A stretch of 64,000 nt of DNA from the NCBI GenBank assembly GCA_002269645.1, contig NIVC01000479.1, positions 186,001-250,000 on the forward strand, in the 5' to 3' direction. The notes under the pieces were generated by a model. That model made no database searches. It had not been told where the DNA came from and was given only the letters and a program-made list of their open reading frames with translations. Below, one piece after another: positions 1 through 32,000 of this stretch. The stretch comes from Macrostomum lignano. Its lineage: Eukaryota. Position 1 is the stretch's first letter, and the number at the start of each line of letters is the position of its first letter. The position numbers and the translations under genes are program-made.

Positions 1-384
1 CTCACTGTATTCTTTGCCAATTCTCAGCGGAATGCAGGACGCAACACCGCAGCTTTTTGGCTTGGCTGCGCCGTTGTGCAGTCGACAGGTAGATAGAGGG
101 AAAATTTTATACACAAGTATCAGCTCACGGGATACAAAACTGGATGCCTATCGCATGGTTAATAAAATAATCAACAAAGAAAAACCAGATAAGTAGGCTT
201 ACGGCTGCAATTTTCGAAGATATCGGTTTGAGACTCACAGGTCAGTTTATAGAGAAGTTATTGAGGATAATTTTAGGGAAGACTCTTGGGTCTGTTTAGG
301 GACGATTTAAGGTCGTTTTAAGAAAAATTTAGATATGCTTAGGGACAATTTGAAGGTCCGTTTAGGAAACGATTTTAGGTCATC

Positions 385-1582
385 TTAGGTACGATTCTTA
401 GGTCAGTTAAGGGACGATTCTTAGGTCAACTTAGGGACGATTCTTAGGTCAGTTAAGGGACGATTCTTAGGTCAGTTAAGGGACGATTCTTAGGTCAGTT
501 TAGGTACGATTCTTAGGTCAGCTTAGGGACGATTCTTAGGTCAACTTATGTACGATTCTTAGGTCAGTTAAGGGACGATTCTTAGGTCAGTTAAGGGACG
601 ATTCTTAAGTCAGCTTAGGGACGATTCTTAGGTCAGCTTAAGTACGATTCTTAGGTCAGTTAAGTACGATTCTTAGGTCAGTTTAGGTACGATTCTTAGG
701 TCAACTTAGAGACGATTCTTAGGTAAACTTATGTACTATTCTTAGGTCAGTTAAGGGACGATTCTTAGGTCAGTTAAGGGACGATTCTTGGGTCAGCTTA
801 GGGACGATTCTTAGGTCAGTTTAGGGACGATTCTTAGGTCAGCTTAGGGACGATTCTTAGGTCAGCTTAGGGACGATTCTTAGGTCAGCTTAAGTACGAT
901 TCTTAGGTCAGTTTAGGGACGATTCTTAGGTCAGCTTAAGTACGATTCTTAGGTCAGTTAAGGGACGATTCTTAGGTCAGCTTAGGGACGATTCTTAGGT
1001 CAACTTAAGTACGATTCTTAGGTCAGTTAAGGGACGATTCTTAGGTCAGTTTAGGGACGATTCTTAGGTCAGCTTAAGTACGATTCTTAGGTCAGCTTAG
1101 GGACGATTCTTAGGTCAACTTAAGTACGATTCTTAGGTCAGCTTAGGGACGATTCTTAGGTCAACTTAAGTACGATTCTTAGGTCAGCTTAGGGACGATT
1201 CTTAGGTCAACTTAGGGACGATTCTTAGGTCAACTTAAGTACGATTCTTAGGTCAGTTAAGGGACGATTCTTAGGTCAGCTTAGGGACGATTCTTAGGTC
1301 AACTTAAGTACGATTCTTAGGTCAACTTAAGTACGATTCTTAGGTCAGTTAAGGGACGATTCTTAGGTCAGCTTAGGGACGATTCTTAGGTCAACTTAGG
1401 GACGATTCTTAGGTCAACTTAAGTACGATTCTTAGGTCAGTTAAGGGACGATTCTTAGGTCAGCTTAGGGACGATTCTTAGGTCAACTTAGGGACGATTC
1501 TTAGGTCAACTTAAGTACGATTCTTAGGTCAGTTAAGGGACGATTCTTAGGTCAGTTAAGGGACGATTCTTAGGTCAGCTTA
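385..1582. repeat. 23-bp minisatellite (GGGACGATTCTTAGGTCAGTTAA)
   Basis: Direct tandem units. Confidence 0.97.
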
Positions 1583-2211
1583 GGTCAGTATAATTTTTTA
1601 GATAAAGGTTTGGAACGGTTACAATATTGAACCGGCTTTAAATAAGATCATAAAATACTTTAATTCCAAAGGTGTAAAAACCCACTATAAACAATACCGA
1701 ATGCACTTTTTCATGCTATTAAAAAGTGATAAAAATTTTCATTTCAAAATGGCACGCAACTAAAATCAATCAGATTTATTTGCCACCAGCGGGCAAGCAA
1801 CAAGGTATTGAAAAAACCCCTAGAAAAAGTGCACTTGAACAGTGAAATTCAATTTTGTTAAAATGGTGCAATATTGTTTATTAAAAATTGTCGCATGCAT
1901 TTTAGCATTAGTAATACAAAATCATTCTGAGTTTTTTATTGCAACATGTTGGCCTGTCAAATTTAATTTAAAATAACAATGATAAAAAAGTCCTCAACAA
2001 GACAAAAAAGCGGAAACCCGATCAGACAGATTTGCGTTTTTTTCTGAATTTTATTGTTCAGAAACCTGTCAAGCCTACTGCAAGTAGAAATGCTAGCAAG
2101 TAAACAGAAGCAATTTGTGTTACATTTTTTCAAACCATGCCAATCATCTCAAGGTCAACATGCGATGCAGTTATTAATAATTAAATAATTGCTCAATTAG
2201 GTGAAAATTAC

Positions 2212-20003
<17,792 letters not shown>

Positions 20004-20073
20004 GTTTATCTAAAAAAAACTTTTAGTTAAATATTAAGAAGCTGGTCCAGGTTAAAAAACCTTTAAGTCTAAA

Positions 20074-20451
20074 GGGTCTCCCTAAAACACGCCCCGCACC
20101 GCCCTGCAGCGCTACACATTAAAACAAATAGGACTATAACTGAAGACACTTCAAAATGCGTTTTCTGTTAAGCTTCAAAGTTTTTATTAAATTAAGTTTT
20201 TTACTATGAAATATAAAATTCGGTGAATAATAAGTGATATTATTAATAATATTAATGAAAAATAATAATATAATTTAATAATGAAAACAGGAATATAAAA
20301 AATAATAACAATATTTATAATATTAATTAAAGATATTTATTCCATTACTTGTACAACAAATAGTTTTCTTTGCAATCAAATACTGCGTTGACAAAAAATG
20401 TTATAATGTGTAGCGGTTCGGGGCGGGGCGGTGCGTGTTTTAGGGAGACCC
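20074..20451. mobile_element. MITE with ~47-bp TIRs and 9-bp TSD (Mutator-like)
   Basis: TIR GGGTCTCCCTAAAACACGC...GCTACACATT is mirrored at 20405-20451; exact direct repeat AAGTCTAAA at 20065-20073 and 20452-20460; AT-rich core. Confidence 0.85.
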
Positions 20452-21093
20452 AAGTCTAAATCTAAATCTAAATGTAATCCAAGTCAAAATAATAAAGCAG
20501 CAAAACACACAGTGACGAAAAAGTATTATTATTAAACAACACTTAAATAAGTAATAATGAGATTGCGCTAAACATTAGAGTCCTTGATTACATTAACTTT
20601 CGTTACAACTCTACTACTTGTGACGTTGTCAGTTTAAGGTGGTCCCGAAAAGGGCCGTTGGACTGCTGGTTTTCCATAGTCATTCAACCCTTCAGTTTCA
20701 CCGCTTCAACTAAACTTTTCCATTCGTTTATTGCGACGTTTACTTGTAGTAGTGCCCAACGATTTTGTGGCAATTTATAATTCATTGTATATTTTGCTAT
20801 CCTCTCTCGCCACCGTATAAAATTGGCACGATCGATAATTTTAAGTTCTCTCGCCAGCCAATGAAATCACTCGTGTTCGCGCTACCCCCCTCTGCGCTCT
20901 TTTATTAAACCCCCCCCGCCTGGCGGCGGGCACTCCACGCTCCCCTCGCTCTCTCTCGCTCCTCTCTCTCCGCTTGCTCCTTGTTTCCTTCCCTGCGGCC
21001 TCTTAGCTGTCTTATCTGTTTGTCTGGCTGCCTCGAGCCTCCTTATTTCTCACCACGGCCCTTCTGTCTGGGCCAGCCTGCTCACACACTTAC

Positions 21094-21200
21094 TTGACTG
21101 TTTCACGCCACGACCGACGCCAACTTTCCCTGCCTTCACTGTGCTCATAGCCACTGCTCACGTCACGTCGCCATTGTGTCATTCGCCTGCCACTTGACTT
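21094..21200 (-). other. Candidate non-coding first exon of vinculin (5' limit unknown)
   Basis: Perfect GTAAGT donor on the minus strand at 21093-21088; the ATG exon has an acceptor at 20010-20011, so an upstream UTR exon is implied. Confidence 0.4.
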
Positions 21201-24200
21201 CATATCCAAATTATATTCAACCCATTGCTGCAGCCGCCAGTGCCCAGAAAGCTATAGTCTGTTTATTGCCAGTAACAACCAAACTTAATACTGATATTAA
21301 CAATAAAGACAACTACGGCAGTTCCTGCCTTTATCGCCAAGTGCTCCGCTACAAAATCCGCTTTACAAGAATTGACTTCAACTTATTTTGGGACTAAAAC
21401 GGCCCTTTTAAGGGTCACCGCATAGCTGGCCGCTACGCCAATAACGTGACATACTTTTCTAGGACAAGTCGCCCAGGTCGCGATAACAAAAAATTATAGT
21501 GAAATCATGTTAAAAACGTGCACTATCATCGAAAATAAACAATAAGCCGCAATAACAAAATAGTTTTTTCCTTTTCGAATATAATTTGTTAACAATACTG
21601 TCCTGGCATAAAACATTTATTCTGTTAAAATGGATTATATTTTTTATTTTAAATTTAAAGTCCTATCAGAGTATTCCTGTGACTTGACGAATACGCCATG
21701 ATGTATATACAATTCGACGTAGTGTTAGTCCTACTCCTAATGACTTTATGGTTAAATAATTTTGGTCGTCCATTCTTCCATAATTAAATTTCATTCTAGA
21801 GGCTCCAGTTGAGATAAGATCCCCATTTTCCTAAAATCCCACAAAAGGGCTGGGAAGACCTACATGTTCATCGAGATAGGATTTGATTATTCTGCTACGC
21901 TACTTGTCAGCCACCGCGCCACTTTCCCTTGCGTGTATTTCAGTTTCTTCAATCTTTTTGTATAGCTATTGTGTTATTTATGCCCAGAAATTAATTTTAT
22001 CATAAATGAACAGCATTTCATTTATACATCTATTGAAAAGTTTATTATTGATAAATTATACATTATTGATACATTAATTATTGATAAGACTCCGTCATTT
22101 TTGTAAGTACATGACACGTACTTATAAGTAAATAACAAATGGGGAAATTCCAGAAAATGATTATATATTTGAGTGTAACAGCTATTAATATTGAACACTT
22201 GAACAAACACTTTCAAAAAATGGTGCGCAGAAGAAATGGATATATATTAAGAATATTGAAAAAGTGCTTATTTATTATAGCATTACAGCTATTAGCTTCA
22301 AAATCTGCTGTATTTTTTTCAGAAAAAGACGAGACATCGTACTTTTTTTCTGACGCTAATTCAAAATATACGGGGGCGTTTTTCAGACGTAACAATGACA
22401 AATTACAATAATTCGAAGCTATACGAGCTCAAGCTGCAACAATATAGTATTCAGTGGTAATAAATAAAAATATTTTATAAATTGACCAACTATAAAAATA
22501 AGCTGTGCGAAAGTTACATTAAATAAAATATGGACAACAATGCACCGAAAATGACAATACATTATAATATGCGGTATGATTAAAAAACTTGTTGTTGGAA
22601 ACAAAAATATTGTTACTTAAGAACAGAAAATATTATATTTATAAACAAGGAAAAACAATAGTTAAACGCAAACTGCTGAACTTGAATGCACAACTGAATA
22701 ATATGCGTTAGGGAAAACACTAAGACTGCTGGGAAAACCAAATTAACAATAACAAAAATGGACAGAGACGGTTAGTATTAAAAAATATTCAAACTGCTTT
22801 AAAAAGGCCACAAAACCCAAAGCTTTTTTTAATTTAAATGAGCCAAAAGTAGCATTTTATAAATATATATTTTAATTCAGAACCTAAAAACTTGACCCAT
22901 GCACGCTCGTATTGCAAAACAAACAAAAACAATTTAAAGAATGAATGTAGGCTAGTAGACAAGAGCACAATAATGTCTAAATAAATTTACCTGACTGTAA
23001 AAAAATCAAACGGTAAAAATGCGCTGACAAAAACAGTTTATAATTTGAAGTTTATTGTAATAAAAAAAACCAACAATGATTGATAGAACTTCACGCCACG
23101 GTAAAGCTAATATAAATTGCTAGTTTGCAGATAACAAAACACTTTAAACTAACAAAATAACAAATTTTATTACATTAACTTTTCTAAATTGATGAAGCGA
23201 GTGGTCGTTCGTTTTATAACAAAACTGATCTTTGTTTGATTTAGATTATTAAATTTAAATACCCAGATTTTTATAACCAGTAATAAGTACTCGTAAGACA
23301 AGTCAGTAATAAACCTAAAACCATATAAATCGAGAACAATGGAAACTATTAAAAATAGACAATTATATTAAGATTCAATAAGCAAAAAATTAATTCAATC
23401 GCAATTGCAAAAAAATATAAATAAAGATGCAAATTTTAACTGGCAATAAATAACACAAAAAATGTTTTGCACGATAGACTTTGAACCGGTTAGGAAAACT
23501 TCAGAAATATAAATATATAGATATTGTGCAGTTTACAGATATTAGTAGATTCAAAAGACGTTGTGAATTACGCTGAAATTAAAGAAATAAATAAACCTTT
23601 TTCAGGCAACAAAGAGTAACGAGTCCAGATCGAAAGAAGGTTAAAAAATGACAAAAAGTACACATTTTAGCCAAAATATCCAAGTTATCCGATTTATATT
23701 TTATGCATGAGTGAGTCTTACTTTAATATAATTGGCTACAGGTTAATAAAGCGTGTAGCCATGGCGCACAAGGCAAAGCAATATATAAATATGCATAAGT
23801 GATTAATAAATTGAGCGATACGCAGGTAAAACCAACAAACCAGAACTTTCGCCAATAGCAATGCGAACTGGGAATACCCGTAAACAGAAACGCAACAAAG
23901 AAAAAACCGAGACCAGAAACAAACGAAAAAACCAGTAAAAAGCAAAAAAAACACAAAATGCGTATTACATAATTGTTAGCAATAAATAAACATGATTTAT
24001 TAGTATAAACTGCAATATTATATTGAATAAATTCTCAATAACTGAACCAAAACCCGAGGATTAGACAGGTAATCAATGTTTTTGCGGTTGAATTTTAAAT
24101 TGATAATATTGAGTTCCCGGGACCTCGGATTTTGCTTTGCACACAACAGGACTATAATGACAATGACAATAGAAGACATCAACAGTAGTACAAAAAATGC

Positions 24201-24366
24201 GCAAACACAACGGGATACTAATAACAGTAGTATAAATGACAACAATATTTAAAAAAAAAACAAATTTTATCATTCAGCTTTCATAAATTAGGAAACGCAA
24301 AACACCCACAACGTCCAACGATATTGATAGACACTTTTTATTATCAAAAAACTCAAACAAGTTTTT

Positions 24367-24679
24367 TTATTGCGGCATCTGCGGCTGCGGATGAGGCATC
24401 TGGAACCACTGGGCCAGGCCGTCCCGAACCAGGTCCTCCTGCAGGAAGTGCCAGCTGTCAGACTGGACATCCTTAGTGTACAGGTAGACACAAGGCTGGC
24501 TGACGTCATTAAAGTACACCACCTGCGCCTTGATACGCTTGCCTGTCAGGTAGCGCTCGTGCAGAATGCGGCTCAGCTGCTCCAGCTGAGAGTCTGGGTC
24601 CTCGTCATCGGTCAAGATGGGCGACACGTAAGCCAGATGGCCTTCGACTGCTTGGAAAGGCAGGTGCATCATCTCCGTG
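24367..24679 (-). CDS. AKAP1: AKAP1-like terminal exon
   Basis: CCGCAG acceptor, phase 2, TAA at 24369-24367; AATAAA on the minus strand near 24340. Confidence 0.9.
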
Positions 24680-25428
24680 CTGCGGGGGTAATAATAATAA
24701 TCGCAGGATGGTTGTGGGCACCCTGGTGACTGGCGCAACACCTTTTCTGACCACAGTGGGCTTCCCTAGCAACAGTCAACCCACTAGCTTCCCTAGCAAC
24801 AGTCCACCCACTAGCTTCCCTAGCGACTGTCCACCCACTAGCTTCCCTAGCAACTGTCCACCCACTAGCTTCCCTAGCAACAGTCCACCCACTAGCTTCC
24901 CTAGCAACTGTCCACCCACTAGCTTCCCTAGCAACTGTCCACCCACTAGCTTCCCTAGCAACTGTCCACCCACTAGCTTCCCTAGCAACTGTCCTCCACT
25001 AGCTTCCCTAGCAGTTTCCAGATAATCAAAGAAAGATTTAATTGTTTTTTCTTTCCTAGACAAAAGCAAATTACACTACGCTTTCTTTCTTCTGCGCACA
25101 AAAGTACAACGCATATATCGCATTTTGCATTCCAGCCTTCAGCATTTCCCAAGCCTGGGATTCTATAGCGTTTTTTTGCAAGAACACGTGACTAACGAGA
25201 ATGAAATGCCCTTGTGGATACTTTCTGGAGCATTAAGATAATTTTGTATGCACAGAATAATGATATTCAGCAACCATTTCATATTAATAAGAACAACCTG
25301 TGCTTATCAAGGTCTTGACTAACTTTGACTAACCAGATTAGTAACTAACTTACTAACTAGCTGACTGTCTGACTAACTGACTGAATGACTAACTATTCGA
25401 ATAACTAACTAACTAACTAACTAACTAG

Positions 25429-25463
<35 letters not shown>

Positions 25464-25492
25464 GCTAACTAACTAACTGACTAACTAACTAG

Positions 25493-25530
<38 letters not shown>

Positions 25531-25544
25531 GACTAACTAACTAG

Positions 25545-25599
<55 letters not shown>

Positions 25600-25600
25600 G

Positions 25601-25659
<59 letters not shown>

Positions 25660-25738
25660 GCTAACTAACTAACTGACTAACTAACTAACTAGCTAACTAA
25701 CTAACTAACTAACTGACTAACTAACTAACTAACTAACC

Positions 25739-25797
<59 letters not shown>

Positions 25798-25847
25798 AAC
25801 TAACTAACTAACTAACTAACAACTAACTAACTAACTAACTAACTAAC

Positions 25848-25887
<40 letters not shown>

Positions 25888-25938
25888 GACTAACTAACTA
25901 ACTAACAACTAACTAACAACTAACTGACTAACTAACTG

Positions 25939-26015
<77 letters not shown>

Positions 26016-29000
26016 AACTAACTAACTAACTAACTAACAACTAACTAACTAACTAACTAACTAACAACTAACTAACTAACTGACTAACTAACTAAATAGC
26101 TATCTAACGAACCAAACAACTAACTAGCTCATTAACTGTATAACTAGTTGACAACCTAGAGAAGGAGCTAAAAATCTTGGCTGTAAAATCTGGCCAGTTC
26201 TTCCCGACTAAACCAAGGCATTCCAATTTGCAAAAAACCTACAAAGCAGGTTTAGGAGAACAGCAATTAAGCCCGCTGCCGCCAAAAAAGCCTCAGGTTC
26301 AATGCGAGTGCTGAACGGAAATGTTATTTTTATAATTTATAGAGAACGCAGACGAGAGGGCAGCAGAAAAAAGACGCAATAGAAGCAGAAAAAGAATTCA
26401 ATTGGTGATAAAAGGATTGGATGGAAGGTTAAGACACAAACAACACGACAGCCACCCGATGGCTTTAAATGCGCAGGTTTTTCACTTTGATCAAATAAAA
26501 TATTCTCTTTTAAGCCTTGCTTGCAGCCGCGGCCCATTGAATTTGTAGAGCTGGATTTGCACAGAAGATATAAATAAAAATATACCCAAATACACAGAAA
26601 CATGCACTGCGCAATACGGGCCTTTACCGCCATTGAAATTTTATAGCTTCATAAATATAGAATTACAGATTCTTATACTGAAAACCCACTGACTGACTTA
26701 TACCAAGGCGCTAAACTAAACTAGCTTTATTTATAATAAGAAACGCAAAATACTAGAGACCCGGGGATGTAATACTTTTTTATAAATTTTAAATGCGTCA
26801 TAACAGGGATACAAGTTCTCCACTGAAGCTTGCTATGGACTCTAAGTTGCCCTAGCAACCATGTATACCGCAAGCTTCCCTAGAAACCATGTATACTTCA
26901 AGCTTCCCTTGCAACCATGCTTTCCAACTTATCTTCCCTAGCAACCATGCCTTCCAACTTAGCTTCCCTAGCAACCAGCCTTCCAACTAGCTTCACTAGC
27001 AACCATGCCTTCCAACTTAGCTTCCCTAGCAACCAGCCTTCCAACTAGCTTCACTAGCAACCATGCCTTCCAACTAGCTTCACTAGCAACCATGCCTTCC
27101 AAATAGCTTCCCTAGCAACCGCCCCGACTAGCTTCCCTAGCAACTGTCCCCCACTAGCTTTCCTAGCAACTGTATCCCACTAGCTTCCCTAGCAACCGCC
27201 CCCACTAGCTTCCCTAGCAACCGCCCCCACTAGCTTCCCTAGCAACTGTCCCCCACTAGCTTCCCTAGCAACTGTCCCCACTAGCTTCCCTAGCAACCAC
27301 ATTTTACACCAGTACTCAAACAGTAAAAAACTCACCGAATCTGTTTCAGACAGCCAACGGGCATTCTCTCGTAGCCGCCCCAGTCCAGATACTTCATCAG
27401 CACCAGGTCCTCCTCGGGGAAGACGTCGGCAATAATGGCCCGATGCCAGGCGTTGCCAAATGGGGCCACACAGACGGCGCCAGGATTAACTGGCCTGGGC
27501 AGGGCCGGCACGCTAGACTGATCGGCATAGTGCTTCATAATAGTATAATCCATCTTTTCCAGATGATGGAAACTGGGATGAGTCGGCTGCTGCATAAACA
27601 CGGTGGTGCCCCGGCACATTGCGCAAACGTTTACATCGACCAGAGCTCCGACTGGCAGGCTTAGCTGGAGCAATCAAAATCGTGTGGATAGTTTCTAGAG
27701 AAACGTATTTTAAATGGTGGTCAGCTGACCTCCATTGACCTCCCACCCCTAGAGTTGTGACCTTGTGACTCGTTTGAATGTAAAAATTACTTTTTTGTTA
27801 ATTTACACTACCCATAAATCGATATATTATATTACCAGGGTAAATTCTAGATTTTTCTGTGGGGGTCATTTGACCCCCTTTGACCTCTTTGTAGACCCTC
27901 AGTAGACTCTCAGGTTTTGACCCCATTTGACCTCTCTGTAGACTCTCGGGTGTTGAGTCTGTTGACCCTCTTTGACCTCTCCGTAGACCCCCAGTAGACT
28001 CTCAATTGACCCCCTAGACCTTTCCGTAGATTTACTACTTTTTGAAATAAGATGATTAAAAAAGCTATGAGTCAATACTAAAGTGAAATAACAACCAAAA
28101 TAATATGAATAATAATATATAAAGCTAATTAAATATTTTTCAAATCTCTTATTTATTTGGCCCTTAAGGTAGAAGGTTTGCGGGCGCTGCATTGCAATGC
28201 TTGAAAGAAATTTGATACTAAAGAAAGGGAGGGGCATTTTAGGTGCAAAAATCTTGAACTAAATTCAGACCCTCTAGCCAGACACAGACAGGCCTGCAGA
28301 CCCCCCCCCAGACAGAATGCGCAAAAAGATGTCAATACTCTAACTAGTCTTTATAGAGTCTTTGTTCATACCGCACAAAGGGGCTATCTAACTAATCCTA
28401 AGCTACAGTATTATATAGGACAAACCTATAAGTCCGTAACTAAGGAACACAGAATCTTAACTGTGCATCAGCGTAGAGCACTGGAGACAGTAGAAGACTA
28501 GAAGACTACTGTAGGCATATACGTATATACGCATATATTACATGCATATGCGCTTTATGCTGCTTCTGGGTGATTCATCATCTTCCAAGCTGATAGGCTG
28601 TAAACTATAGCCTACTGGATATTGCTGCAAGTTCGAATTTGGCCGAAAATGATTTATTGACGCTTTACAAAACTGTATATAAATGTATGCATCAGGGTGG
28701 GGGAAAACATATCACAGAATTCACCTTTTCTTCAACTAATATGCTTCTACAAGGTAATGAAGATTCGGGCTTAAATATTTGCTAAGCAGCTAAATGCATG
28801 CCAAAACAGACCCTGCAACCCCCTAGCCTAGGCCAAGAATCACGCAGAGATAAGAGGACTCCAGAGTAGACAGACAGGCAGATATGCGCTCCAATCGTTC
28901 TCTAGATTTATGTCATACAGGAAGTCTCAGCTAATAAAATAGAAGCTTTCCTTCAAGCTCTTATCAATGCCTTGAAGGGACTTCAATTCGATTCTGAAAC

Positions 29001-32000
29001 ACGTTGAGCAGCTTTGAGCAGCTGCGAGCTCCCGAGAGGCAACGGGGAGCTCTGAACAAATAGAGGTCAGACAACTCTCCTACGCTACAATATTAAGGGT
29101 TAGAATTAGTTACGATAAAGGATAAGAGCAATAGCAGCTGTTCTATCGCATTCTTTAAGTCAGTCAGCTTTGCCGCAGATAGCAGAGGAAAACTGAGTAT
29201 CTTGAGTGAAATATTATATCTAGCGAAGTGGTTCAAGATGTTGCAGCAAGCTGAAATGATTAATAAGACCTACGATATCTCTTTTTCCTTATCGAATTAG
29301 CTTACAATTCCTAGAATTCTTTGTTCCGTTGCCATGAGGCACAAAGGGGGGGGGGGAACGTGAGAGAACGGCAACAGTTGTTCAAATATGAAACAGCAGA
29401 CACACCCAGTCAGAGCCCACGTGGCCAAGGGGCAATGGCGCGCGCACACACACGCTAGTCTACAGAAATCAAACAGAGGAGCCTTAACTTATACAGTCAG
29501 CTGACATGGACAATGTTAACCCATAGGAGAAAGGATAGAGGACACAACCCCCTCACAATGGAACAAAGCGCGGGTCAATAACTTCTTGAACAGCAGTAGA
29601 AGTTCTATTCTTGAAGCGCAGGATTAATACTTGGGCTTTTGAGAGTGCGGTGTGCTATGAAATCTAGATACTGGGACATTTACAGCATGTATATCTCATT
29701 AATGTGCTATGCTAAAATGATGATAATAGAACTTAATGTTTCCGCCGACAGACAGGTCATATTTTCATGATATGTTTACTTCTCTTTTAATGTTGTCTTC
29801 GTGTTTTCTCTTTCTTCTACATTAAAAGAGAAGAGAGAGGAGAGGGTAGGAAAGGGAGGGAAGAAGAGGAGCAAAGCTAAGAAGCTAAGGAGGCCAAGCT
29901 AAGAAGCTAAGGAGGCCAAGCTAAGAAGCTAAGGAGGCAGAGCTAAGAAGCTAAGGAGGCAGAGCTAAGAAGCTAAGGAGACAAAGCTAAGAAGCTAAGG
30001 AGGCCAAGCTAAGAAGCTAAGGAGGCCAAGCTAAGAAGCTAAGGAGACAAAGCTAAGAAGCTAAAGAGACAAAGCTAAGAAGCTAAGGAGGCAGAGCTAA
30101 GAAGCTAAGGAGGCAAAGCCAAGAAGCTAAGGAGGCAAAGCCAAGAAGCTAAGGAGGCAGAGCTAAGAAGCTAAGGAGGCCAAGCTAAGAAGCTAAGGAG
30201 GCAAAACTAAGAAGCTAAATAAGCAAAGCCTTCTAACCTCCCCTTCCTATCCTCTCCTCTCTCTTCCACTCTCTTAAGAAAAAGAAGAGAGAGAGCTGAG
30301 AAGAGACACAAGCTAGAGTTTGCCGACCCCCCTACGTCTGGCAGACAGGTGGTGCTGTTCGGTAGTTATACACCTCCTCACCTAGGCAACCTTCTAGGCC
30401 CTAGTTGAAATGATTGGCCTCACAAATAAAAGAGAAATTCTACATCCCGGAAGGTTTCACTGTTTCAATTCAGAATGATGAATGACTCACAAACGCATTG
30501 GATGTGGGAGGGACTGTCTGCCTATTTGATCAAATTTTATTTTGCACCTGGACAAGGGACTGGTGTCCACACCGCGTATAAGGCTTAGTAAATAAGCATA
30601 ATAAAAAATAACTATAGGGGCCTCGTGGGCTACGGGCAAAGCAAATATTACTTGTTGCTTGTTTAAAATCCAGTAAGCCGGAGAGTTGAGAGGAATATTA
30701 ATAAAATGCTACAGTGTGGGACGAGTTGAGAGTTGACAGACCTATTGGATAGCTTTAACAGTCCTTGGCCCACTCCGTGACCCCCAACTCATTTCGGTGT
30801 TGTGAGAGCAGCTGAAAATTTTACGACTCAAATATGTTGGGAGAAAATATGGGATTGAGTAACTTCTCTTGCAACACTCGTCCTTGCTGGCATTAGTCAT
30901 ATTTTTATATCTATAAAATCCTCTGTAAGAAAAATGAACAAGAATTGAAGAAAGTCTATATAGAATTTGAATCTACTTTGATACTTCACTTGAAGCTTAC
31001 AGTTTTAAACGTTAGGGAAAAACCACATAGAAGGGATCTAGAAATTTGGTCAAAAATGTAGAGTTAGAATTCTGAAAAAAAATGCTACAATACCGTAGGC
31101 CGGTGCAGTTGAAAGAAATTTTCGATTAAAAGGAGAAAACACTGCTTCTGAAAGAAGACAATGACACAAAGAAGACAAAAGCAAAAGCAAGCAAGAAAGC
31201 AGCCACTGTCCCTAATTTACTGTGAAAGCCTGCTAGCTCGCATCAAACAAAGCCTTGACTTGTTGAAAAAGAAGTCTAATGAATTATTTAGTACTATAAC
31301 TCTAAACGTACTCAACTTAGACTGCAGATGATATACAGTAAGCTGACTAAACTGACGGCTTGTTTTTCTGTCTAGACAGTTTCTAATTGAATTAAATTAT
31401 TAAAAATCAAAACTAATAATCAATGGCTGGTTCCCATCCCGGCACGACAAACCAACAAATGAAATATGAAATGTGCTCGCGAACGGAGAGTCGCTACAAA
31501 CATTGCAAAAACTGCGCAATATTCCATTTTTTTCTGTGTTTTCACAGTTTGTGTTTAACATCAACGTTTCTCATCATCAAGTCTTATCAGATCAGCTCAC
31601 TGGGGGGGGGGGGGGGTTGGCGAATGCAACCCAGTAATGAGACAAATAGACATACACTAATCCAGCAAGTGGTTAGGACTGAGAACTAGGCCAAACAATC
31701 GAACTACTAGCACTAGATCTTGTTCCAGCTAAACTAGCTACATTGATTGAACTGTCGCGTGAACAGGTTTACAAACAGACAGTCAAGAAGACACTCACTT
31801 GACACATGGTTGGCTGTAGGGCCGGGTTCCTCTGAATTGGCACAGCGGTATTAATCGGCTTTACGTCCAATTCGGGGAATCGCTTCTTGATGACTTGTAG
31901 AGCGGCTTTCACGCACTCAGCTGGGCCTGCGGGTTAAGAAGCCGATTTGAGACTTAATAAATTTGCTCACTTTTTTCTGCTTTCAGTCAGCTACTATGCC

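Noticed and set aside
1-2211. Final vinculin exon (EATEMLV..NAQNLM, helix H5)
   Set aside because: No matching translation found in the non-repeat parts; probably beyond the window edge
22022-24273. Short AT-rich ORFs (e.g. 22139..22411) as a transposase remnant
   Set aside because: No recognisable motifs, TIRs or splice-consistent structure
24268-24281. 14-mer TATCATTCAGCTTT shared with 62831-62844
   Set aside because: Too short and AT-rich to call, with no extended similarity
25345-26095. (CTAA)n / (TTAG)n as interstitial telomeric repeat
   Set aside because: The unit lacks the GG(G) of TTAGG/TTAGGG; it is an ordinary tetranucleotide microsatellite
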